From assembly GCA_947168075.1 (NCBI GenBank), contig CAMVKK010000003.1, positions 1-42,509 of the forward strand: 42,509 nt of DNA, written 5' to 3'. Source of the DNA: an uncultured Alphaproteobacteria bacterium. Its GTDB lineage: Bacteria; Pseudomonadota; Alphaproteobacteria; Rs-D84. Under the pieces are notes generated by a model. That model searched no databases, had not been told where the DNA came from, and saw only the letters and a list, made by a program, of their open reading frames with translations. The position numbers and the translations under genes were made by a program. Below are positions 32,024 to 40,036 of this stretch, in pieces. Position 1 is the first letter of the stretch. Every line of letters starts with the position of its first letter.

Positions 32024-32584
32024 TTATCTGGTTTTTGGAATTTTATACTGAATATCTCTTAATGTTTTGGCTATTCTGTCTTTTTCAGAAACTATGATTT
32101 TATCCGCCGGTACACGCCAGTCTATATTAATATCCGGATCATCATAACGAATACCAAATTCAGATTCTTTGCAATAAAAATTATCGCATTTATATGCAAA
32201 TACAGCCGTTGGCGATAATACAGAAAACCCATGCAAAAATCCGCGTGGTATAAATAACTGTTTTTTATTTTCACCCGATAATTCAACCGCAATATGTTTT
32301 CCAAATGTCGGCGAATTTTTACGAAAATCAACCGCGACATCCAACACAGTGCCATATAAACAACGAACTAATTTTGCCTGGGCATGGTTACCCAACTGAC
32401 AATGCAAACCGCGCACAACACCGTATGATGAACTGGACTGATTATCTTGGACAAAATTATATTCCATGCCGTGCAGAATAAATTCAGATTTATTATAACT
32501 TTCGAAAAAATACCCACGATCATCTTTGAATACTTTTGGTTCAACAATGATTACACCGGGTAAATCAGTTTTTATAAAATTCAT
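32024..32584 (-). CDS. rfbC: dTDP-4-dehydrorhamnose 3,5-epimerase
   Basis: F.DDRGYF.E, FVQDN.S, RGLH.Q, DVAVD.R..SPTFG, IPRGF.HGF, YKCD. Confidence 0.95.
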   Translation of the reverse strand: MNFIKTDLPGVIIVEPKVFKDDRGYFFESYNKSEFILHGMEYNFVQDNQSSSSYGVVRGLHCQLGNHAQAKLVRCLYGTVLDVAVDFRKNSPTFGKHIAVELSGENKKQLFIPRGFLHGFSVLSPTAVFAYKCDNFYCKESEFGIRYDDPDINIDWRVPADKIIVSEKDRIAKTLRDIQYKIPKTR

Positions 32585-32672
32585 TTTTTACCACCACTGT
32601 TATTACTAATTCAGCAGTATAGTAGTAAAAAAATAGCAAAATACAACACTAAATAATAAAATTGTCAAATTG

Positions 32673-33299
32673 TTATAAAAGGCATTTTTTTAATTCTGAA
32701 TAGTCTTCGGCTTGGTCGATTAATTTATTTTTTATTTCTTCGGCGGCGTGGATTTTCTGCATAGTTAAAACTATATCAGGATGAGATTGCAATTCATTGT
32801 TAATTTTTTCAACCGCCGCATCTATATCAGATTTATCTTTTATAAAAACAGGCATAATTGAATCAGCCGCCGAATATATCGCATTATGCAGTTCTGTTTT
32901 ATTATCATCAATCACAGATAAATATGCGTTTATGTGCATGTTTTCGTGGTTCAGAATAGCATTATACGAACATGTTTTTGGATTATGTCTTATATCAACC
33001 TGGACCAAAAAATCATTATATCCAATAGTTGCATCAACAGATTTAAGCGCGACACAAAAACCATTATCCACGGGATTTATTGTTGTATTAATATCATAAT
33101 TATCAACCATTGTTGCAATAACATTACCGTGTAATAAATCCATTGGCTTTCGTGGTTGAACAACTGTTTTTGTCCAATTGGGTGTATTAATTGTAATTTT
33201 TGGTTTTATTTTGTATGTGGTGCATTCGCCCGCATTGGCGATACTAATAAAACCAAAAATAAATAATAAAACAGATAAAAAACGAATATTTTTAAACAT
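32673..33299 (-). CDS. Secreted protein with HExxH motif (putative zincin)
   Basis: Signal peptide MFKNIRFLSVLLFIFGFISIANA; CSYNAILNHENMHI; start overlaps the virB4 stop. Confidence 0.6.
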   Translation of the reverse strand: MFKNIRFLSVLLFIFGFISIANAGECTTYKIKPKITINTPNWTKTVVQPRKPMDLLHGNVIATMVDNYDINTTINPVDNGFCVALKSVDATIGYNDFLVQVDIRHNPKTCSYNAILNHENMHINAYLSVIDDNKTELHNAIYSAADSIMPVFIKDKSDIDAAVEKINNELQSHPDIVLTMQKIHAAEEIKNKLIDQAEDYSELKKCLL

Positions 33300-35712
33300 T
33301 ACCACCGGACTGTTTTTTAAGATATTCAGATACAAAGTTTGTTCCGTACATTTTATATAATTCTTCTGCCAACAGTACAGATGGACGACCCGATTCAAAC
33401 AGTCGCAATAAATTACCCAAACCACCCAATTCTGTATTTAATATGACAGATTCGCCATTGACCGGCCGCGATAACAATACAGCACGTTTAAGGTTTGGAT
33501 AGGCTTTACCCTGGATAAATGCCATTTCCAACGGATTTAAATTCCAATGTGCATAATCCGCCGCGTCCGCCGCCGGATTACGGAAGAATAATACTGTTTG
33601 CGCCTGGCCACGAACAACATCACCGATACCTAACTTGTCTAAAATATTTGCGCGTTGGAACGCAACCATATATGCCTGACGGTTTTTGCGTCCCTCTTGC
33701 AGACCCGCAATAAAATTATCACGGAACATTTTATTTTCTAACATAGGCGCTGTTTCATCAATCATAATAAGCGATGGATTTCCACCGGATACAGTTGTTG
33801 TATTTATACGATGCAAAATGTATGAAATAACTGCGGGCGATAAAACCTCGTCTTGTAAAATTTCTGTAAAATCAAATGTAGTAAGCCGCGCCCCCAGATC
33901 CAGTGTATCTGATTCTTCGTTAAATATATCGCCATACTGCAACGGATCAACCCACTTTTTAAGTGCAGCGCGCATTTGACCAGATGATGAAAAACAACTT
34001 TCCCATAAATTTTTAAGTAATCTGTCTTTGCCAGATAAATAATCAAAATTAACCGATACAGCGCGCGCAATTTCATCGGCAGATTGTGGATCACCTTGGC
34101 CCGATATAATTGCAAACCAACGCCGTAAAAATGCCCTGTTTTCCGCCGTATCCGGCATTTTTAATGGATTAAGCCGTGTTTCAAATGATTTTTCAACGGT
34201 ATTTTCAGCCTTTTCTTTACCCTGCATAGTAATATATTTACCACCCACAGAAAGTGTAAATATTTCCGCCCCTTTGTTCCGGTCAAAGAAAAACGCTTTT
34301 AATTTAGGATGACGCAATGATTGCGCAATAAGAAAACTGAATAATGTTGTTTTACCGCCACCCGTTGGACCAATGGTCAGTGTATGCCCCACCGCCGCGG
34401 GTTTATCAGATACATGGAATTGGAACATATATGGCGTACCCTGGGCAGTTGGGAAAACAACCAATGGTCCCGGACCCCAGTCAGAATTTTCAACACCGCG
34501 TGGGGTACTGGACATAGGAATACAAATCGCCGCAGTTTTTGAAAGTAACTTAAAACTGCGCGGGAAAGTATCAAATCCCGGAATTTGTGCAAACCAAGCA
34601 ACCTTTGACGCAAAAGATTCAACAATTGGCGATACACCAAATGACGCAGCAATTTTCTTGAATTCATCAATATATTTATTAAGTTCATCTATTGTAGCGC
34701 CAAACAAAATAAACAATGGATAGTAATTAACCAAACTTTGATTACCAGAAATATTTTCATCCATTGCGCTTTGGGCTTCGTCAACCTGTTCCAATGCAGA
34801 TGTTTGTTTTTCATCGGCGGTTGCGCGCCGCTGACGCAGTGTTATTTCAACATCGGTATTTCCCATAATATGAAAACCGTTCATACAAATCATTTCTGTT
34901 TGTATTGTCGATATTGAATTAAAGAAATCTTCGTCCAAATAATCCGGCGAAATACGGAAAGATATAGTCGCCGCAAATGTTTGAGAATCGCCACTGGTAT
35001 ATCTTATTAAACCATTATTTTCAAAATACACATTATCAACCGCCACATTTTCAGATACTTTATTATCAGCCACCGCCGGGAACGGTTTTGTTACAGGCGA
35101 TAATATCCGGCCAAAAAACCGCGCCATATTATCAGATGATTTATTCTTTAATAATTTTGGTTTATATGCCGCCAAAATTGATTCGATATAATTACCATAT
35201 TGATTTAATTTATCACGCGCCCCAGAACCCGACACAGACAAAACAATATAATAATTATTTAAAAATATCCGTAACCCTTGGGACCGCCATTTGTTATAAA
35301 TACCCTGCAACACAGGCTGATCAAATTCATAGTCCATATTATCATTTGCCGCATCGCGCACCATATAAAATCGTAATATAACATTTGGATCGCGAATTTG
35401 ATTAAATAACTGTGTCCGTAAATCCAGGAATTTTTCCCGTGTGGCGTTATCCTGCATACTGGTCTGGACCCCTGAAACACGATAAACACGAACCAACGAC
35501 CCATCGGTTAATTCCAAAGAATCATCGTTAAATACACGTTTAAACGGTAAATACTGCGCATAATGTGCATATCCAAAATTCGGAAAAATTCGCCGTGTTA
35601 ATGCCGGTAAAAACATCATAAGAACAATAAATACAAAAATCACCGCCATAACCAGTATTGTCATGGTAATCGAGTATCCACCGCCGGCAAAATAATTCAA
35701 AAATCCATCCAT
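33292..35712 (-). CDS. virB4: Type IV secretion ATPase VirB4
   Basis: 806 aa; F.FH....GHTL.IGPTGGGKTT, FFDR..G, LNPL, IDE, EGRK.; directly after a virB3-like gene. Confidence 0.88.
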   Translation of the reverse strand: MDGFLNYFAGGGYSITMTILVMAVIFVFIVLMMFLPALTRRIFPNFGYAHYAQYLPFKRVFNDDSLELTDGSLVRVYRVSGVQTSMQDNATREKFLDLRTQLFNQIRDPNVILRFYMVRDAANDNMDYEFDQPVLQGIYNKWRSQGLRIFLNNYYIVLSVSGSGARDKLNQYGNYIESILAAYKPKLLKNKSSDNMARFFGRILSPVTKPFPAVADNKVSENVAVDNVYFENNGLIRYTSGDSQTFAATISFRISPDYLDEDFFNSISTIQTEMICMNGFHIMGNTDVEITLRQRRATADEKQTSALEQVDEAQSAMDENISGNQSLVNYYPLFILFGATIDELNKYIDEFKKIAASFGVSPIVESFASKVAWFAQIPGFDTFPRSFKLLSKTAAICIPMSSTPRGVENSDWGPGPLVVFPTAQGTPYMFQFHVSDKPAAVGHTLTIGPTGGGKTTLFSFLIAQSLRHPKLKAFFFDRNKGAEIFTLSVGGKYITMQGKEKAENTVEKSFETRLNPLKMPDTAENRAFLRRWFAIISGQGDPQSADEIARAVSVNFDYLSGKDRLLKNLWESCFSSSGQMRAALKKWVDPLQYGDIFNEESDTLDLGARLTTFDFTEILQDEVLSPAVISYILHRINTTTVSGGNPSLIMIDETAPMLENKMFRDNFIAGLQEGRKNRQAYMVAFQRANILDKLGIGDVVRGQAQTVLFFRNPAADAADYAHWNLNPLEMAFIQGKAYPNLKRAVLLSRPVNGESVILNTELGGLGNLLRLFESGRPSVLLAEELYKMYGTNFVSEYLKKQSGGNV

Positions 35713-36009
35713 TTATGCCACCAACCGTCCCGGTATTTTCTGTTTAAACAACTGTATTTTTGCCGCAACAATCTGACCCAGTTGCGGATCACGTTTAGAA
35801 TAAATCGCTAAAATCGAATGAACTATTATTACCGATATTAAAAAATACAGTGGATTTATTGCCATTTTTCCACCACTGGTTATTAAACCAATTACAAAAA
35901 AAACAATAAAAACAAGGAATTGAACAGCAAAATTAATCACAGCAAGATTGTACGGCACATAAAATATGCGCGCAGGATTTGCCAATGCTTTTAATACTTG
36001 CTGTTTCAT
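35713..36009 (-). CDS. virB3: Type IV secretion protein VirB3
   Basis: 98 aa; KAL..PA.IF.VP, two TM segments, KRDP; GGAGAG RBS. Confidence 0.8.
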   Translation of the reverse strand: MKQQVLKALANPARIFYVPYNLAVINFAVQFLVFIVFFVIGLITSGGKMAINPLYFLISVIIVHSILAIYSKRDPQLGQIVAAKIQLFKQKIPGRLVA

Positions 36010-36029
36010 TTTCTCTCCGGATGATTGAA

Positions 36030-36280
36030 TTATAATAATTTCAACAATTTTTAACAAGCATAAAAAACAAAATATTAAAAATGTTTAAATTGTTGAAAAA
36101 TAATGACTTTTTCAACATGTTAAAAATTACCGTTAATTTTCAACATGTTAACAAAAAAACGCCGGAAATACAGAAAAAAATTGTTAAAAAACTGTTGATA
36201 AAAATATAAAAAATCGTTTTCAACAATTTCAACAGGCACAATAAAAACAACAAAAATTTATAATAAATATTTGATTTTTT
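36030..36280. other. Probable chromosomal replication origin (oriC) with variant DnaA boxes
   Basis: About ten WTWTYAACA 9-mers on both strands in an AT-rich intergenic region; the last tandem pair is followed by GGC, a 3-nt-periodic A-rich run and an AT-rich tract. Confidence 0.65.
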
Positions 36281-36321
36281 GTAAAAAGCGGTTATAATCG
36301 CCCTGCAAAAAGGATTTAGAC

Positions 36322-36456
36322 ATGAAATTTTTAAGTTCGTTAAAGGCTTGGAAAAAACGCGGCAATATTAAACAAATTCGCCGTGGTAAACAGGTTATCT
36401 TGATTGATCCAGATAATCCGAAATTGAAAGCAAAGCAAGGCTTTAAGAAAAAATAA
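36322..36456 (+). CDS. rpmJ: 50S ribosomal protein L36 (zinc-free type B)
   Basis: Hand translation MKFLSSLKAWKKRGNIKQIRRGKQVILIDPDNPKLKAKQGFKKK; AAGGA RBS; below the ORF-track length cutoff. Confidence 0.85.
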   Translation: MKFLSSLKAWKKRGNIKQIRRGKQVILIDPDNPKLKAKQGFKKK

Positions 36457-36534
36457 ATCCATATCGCGCACTTTGCGCGGGGAATTTTTTGGTATTCCGT
36501 GGGGCAATTGTTCCGCGGAATATTTTTTTATACA

Positions 36535-37215
36535 TTAAAATAATGAAAAATCGTTTATAAAAGCTTCGCGTATAACTTGGTCTATTTCCAGTGTACCCAA
36601 ACCGGCGGCACGCAAATATTCAATTTGAACCTGTTTTGGTGAATAAATAGATGCACTGTGATCGGCATTTGTCGGAACTGATGAAATTCGTTGTGCCGGT
36701 AAAAATTCTATTTTGGCATCCCGCGCCGCCACCGCATTAAAATTAATGTCTGAATTACAGTCTGAACAATTTTTATCAATAATCGCGACACCCGATAATT
36801 TTGAAATACTGTTTTTATTCGCAATTAATTTATTTTCTAAAAAAATCCCAGTGTTTGCCGACAAATGATGCGCCGTGCAATCGTATGTTAAATTATCATA
36901 ATTATCCAATAAAATATGACCATAAAAATCAGAATTTTTCCCGGTGTTTTTTATAAAAATATTAAAAAAAGCCGGCTTTTTATTTTTTATATTTACAGAT
37001 AAACAAACTTTCTGATTTGGCACATTTATATCAATATTTAACCGGTGTTTGCCGGCAATTTCGCCAACATATATAATATGTACTGGTAAATCATAATTTT
37101 TATCAATCGCGCCATTTGGCAAAGTTGATAAATCTGCACAATATTCACCATTGCGGTAAACAATTGTTTCCGCAGGAAATGGTTTTATGTTGAAATCGTC
37201 CCATATGTATGACAT
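36535..37215 (-). CDS. SufB/SufD family protein (short, divergent)
   Basis: C-terminal G...I...DAKIEFLP...I....ADHSASI...QIEYLRAAGL...IREAF matches the SufBD core; start placed at MSYIW. Confidence 0.7.
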   Translation of the reverse strand: MSYIWDDFNIKPFPAETIVYRNGEYCADLSTLPNGAIDKNYDLPVHIIYVGEIAGKHRLNIDINVPNQKVCLSVNIKNKKPAFFNIFIKNTGKNSDFYGHILLDNYDNLTYDCTAHHLSANTGIFLENKLIANKNSISKLSGVAIIDKNCSDCNSDINFNAVAARDAKIEFLPAQRISSVPTNADHSASIYSPKQVQIEYLRAAGLGTLEIDQVIREAFINDFSLF

Positions 37216-37242
37216 ATTACTGGCATTATAAAGGATTTTTAA

Positions 37243-38325
37243 ATGGGATTCAATTGTGGAATTGTCGGGTTGCCAAATGTTGGTAAATCTACACTGTTTA
37301 ATGCGTTGACACAAAGTGCCGCCGCGGACGCGCAAAATTATCCGTTTTGCACTATTGAACCAAATACAGGGCGTGTTGTTGTTCCGGATGAAACATTTCT
37401 GGCGTTGGCGGTAAGTGTGAATTCTGCTAAAATTGTACCGACCCAGTTGGAAATAGTCGATATTGCCGGGTTGGTCAAGGGTGCGTCAAATGGCGAAGGT
37501 TTGGGTAATAAATTCCTGGGCAATATTTTATCAACGGATGCTATTATTCATGTTGTTCGGTGTTTTGAAAATGATGATATTGTTCATGTTAATGGCAAAA
37601 TTGACCCATTGTCCGATATTGATACAATTGAAACAGAATTGGCATTGGCGGATCTTGAAAGTCTGGACCAGCAAATAAAAAAATTGGAAAAGAAAGTACA
37701 TGGGTTGGATAAAAATGCCGTAAAATTACTGGCGGATGCAAATATTATTAAATCTGGCCTGGAATCGGGGGTACCGGCACGTAAATCGGGGGTGGATACA
37801 TCACCGTTTAATTTACTTACTGCAAAGCCTGTTATTTATGTATGTAATGTTGACGAAGATTCCGCCGCAACTGGCAATAAATATTCCGATATGGTGAAAA
37901 ATAAATTTGGTGGGTCGGATTCACCGGTATTAATAATTTCATCAAAAATAGAAATGGAAATAGCACAAATTGTTGACCCGGCTGAACGTAAAATGTTTTT
38001 AACCGAACTGGGGTTAAACGAATCTGGGCTGGATCAGGTTATAAAGACTGGTTATAAAACACTGGGGTTGCAAACTTTTTATACCATTGGACCAAAAGAA
38101 TCGCATGCATGGACAATAACACGCGGTATGACCGCACCCCAAGCCGCCGGCAAGATTCATACAGATTTTGAAAAGGGTTTTATTCGTGCTGAAATCATAT
38201 CACCATCTGACTGGTTAGAACTGGGCGGTGAATTAGCGGTCAAAGAAGCCGGCAAAATGCGTACTGTTGGCCGTGATTATGTTATGCAGGATGGCGATAT
38301 TTGCCATTTCTTATTTAATAATTAA
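37243..38325 (+). CDS. ychF: Redox-regulated ATPase YchF
   Basis: GIVGLPNVGKSTLFNALT, NYPFCTIEPN, DIAGLVKGAS.GEGLGNKFL, IHTDFEKGFIRAE. Confidence 0.97.
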   Translation: MGFNCGIVGLPNVGKSTLFNALTQSAAADAQNYPFCTIEPNTGRVVVPDETFLALAVSVNSAKIVPTQLEIVDIAGLVKGASNGEGLGNKFLGNILSTDAIIHVVRCFENDDIVHVNGKIDPLSDIDTIETELALADLESLDQQIKKLEKKVHGLDKNAVKLLADANIIKSGLESGVPARKSGVDTSPFNLLTAKPVIYVCNVDEDSAATGNKYSDMVKNKFGGSDSPVLIISSKIEMEIAQIVDPAERKMFLTELGLNESGLDQVIKTGYKTLGLQTFYTIGPKESHAWTITRGMTAPQAAGKIHTDFEKGFIRAEIISPSDWLELGGELAVKEAGKMRTVGRDYVMQDGDICHFLFNN

Positions 38326-38350
38326 TATTAAATAAAATGTTTTAACTATT

Positions 38351-38382
38351 AAAAAAACACCGGCATTTACCGGTGTTTTTTT
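38351..38382. terminator. Bidirectional terminator (CCGG family)
   Basis: aaaaaaacaccggc-attt-accggtgttttttt between convergent ychF and dnaG. Confidence 0.8.
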
Positions 38383-38395
38383 ATATAACAAACAA

Positions 38396-40036
38396 CTAAT
38401 CCCCTATTAATAATTCCAGCTTTTTATTTGCGGCAGCGATATCGGAATCTATCTTTTCAATTTGTGTTTTTGCGCCGGCATCCCCAGATAACATTAATTG
38501 AACAAGTTCTTTTTTATCGGCCTGTAATTTTTCAATATATTTATGTAATTTTAATGACACGATATATTTTTCCGCCGATTTTACATCCAGCGCCAAATCC
38601 CCCGATACAGCCGCATCAAAATTAATATTTAAACTGGACAAAAATTCACCATATCTTTCCACTAATTCAGGGTAAGTATTCACAATATATATCAATGTTT
38701 TCCCGGTAATTTCATCCACAGACGGTAAATTAATTTGTTTTAAATCATCTTTTTTCTTTTGTGAATTAATCCATTTCCAATTACGCCAAGTATCATGTTT
38801 TCTAGAATTTATAGTTGTTTCTATGGTATGTCTGAAATCAATATCAGTAATTTTTTCAATCTGACTATTTAAAAATTTTTCTGCTTGTGATTGTCCACCC
38901 GGTGTCGATATTAAATAACTCTTATTCGTTGTATCCCATAAAAAGTCAACCAATCCAACCGATGAATCTATGATTTTCTTCATCGCGCTTTCGCCGCCGG
39001 TTTTTAACACTTCGTCCGGGTCTTTACCACCGGTAACAAATGCAAAACGAACATCGGAATTATCACGCAAAAACGGCAGGATAATACCACACGCCCTTAC
39101 CGCCGCTTTTTGTCCCGCATTGTCGCCATCAAAACAAAATATTATATTACGATTTGATTTACAAAGTATCGCGATATGGTCTTCGGTTAATGCTGTGCCA
39201 AGTGGTGCAACCGTTTCCGGAAAACCATGACATTGCATTTGAATTGCGTCTATTTGCCCCTCGACTACAATACTTCTGTTTGCGCGATGAATTGCTTCGC
39301 GGGCAAAATTAAACCCGAATATAGTTTGTCGTTTATGAAATAATTCTGTATCGGTTGTATTTATGTATTTTGGTTCCGACCCGTCCAATGAACGCCCCGA
39401 AAAAGCAACAATTTGTCCATGTGTATTAAATATTGGAAACATTAATTTATCACGAAAAAAATCATACAGCCCGTAATCACCGTGCCGAACAAGCCCGGTT
39501 GCAATCAACGCATCTTGCTTTATATTTGTAAATGTTCCGGAAATAATACTGTTTTTTGGCGCGTATCCAATACGATATTTTTTTATCATATCATCTGAAA
39601 AGCCGCGCTTTTTAATATATTCCAACGCATGCGCACCCGCGGGTTCAAATAATTTTTGTTGATAAATAGTTGCTGCGCGGTCTGTTATTTGAATATAAGA
39701 TTCTTCGCGCGCAACCGCCGCCGGATCACGCGGTTTATATTCCGGCATTTTTAATCCAGCCATATCAGCCAATTCTTTGATTGCGGTTTTGAAATCAACA
39801 TTTTCAGATTTCATCGTGAACGAGATAATATCACCATGTTCACCGCATCCAAAACAGTGGTAAAAACCTTTGTCTTCCGATACAGAAAAAGATGGTGTTT
39901 TTTCATTATGAAACGGGCAACATCCCCAATAATTTTGACCTTTTTTAACAAGCGGTACACGCCGCGAAATAACATCGACTATTGATAATCTTTGTCTTAA
40001 TTCATCGGTAAAATTGTTATTGTATGTCTTGCTCAT
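38396..40036 (-). CDS. dnaG: DNA primase
   Basis: CPFHNEKTPSF...YHCFGC, MFPI, PKYIN, VEG..D, FDGD.AG, KDPD. Confidence 0.96.
   Translation of the reverse strand: MSKTYNNNFTDELRQRLSIVDVISRRVPLVKKGQNYWGCCPFHNEKTPSFSVSEDKGFYHCFGCGEHGDIISFTMKSENVDFKTAIKELADMAGLKMPEYKPRDPAAVAREESYIQITDRAATIYQQKLFEPAGAHALEYIKKRGFSDDMIKKYRIGYAPKNSIISGTFTNIKQDALIATGLVRHGDYGLYDFFRDKLMFPIFNTHGQIVAFSGRSLDGSEPKYINTTDTELFHKRQTIFGFNFAREAIHRANRSIVVEGQIDAIQMQCHGFPETVAPLGTALTEDHIAILCKSNRNIIFCFDGDNAGQKAAVRACGIILPFLRDNSDVRFAFVTGGKDPDEVLKTGGESAMKKIIDSSVGLVDFLWDTTNKSYLISTPGGQSQAEKFLNSQIEKITDIDFRHTIETTINSRKHDTWRNWKWINSQKKKDDLKQINLPSVDEITGKTLIYIVNTYPELVERYGEFLSSLNINFDAAVSGDLALDVKSAEKYIVSLKLHKYIEKLQADKKELVQLMLSGDAGAKTQIEKIDSDIAAANKKLELLIGD

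Noticed and set aside
36070-36155. CtrA boxes (TTAA-N7-TTAA) in the putative origin
   Set aside because: The TTAA pairs I checked have spacers of 6, 9 and 11 nt, not 7
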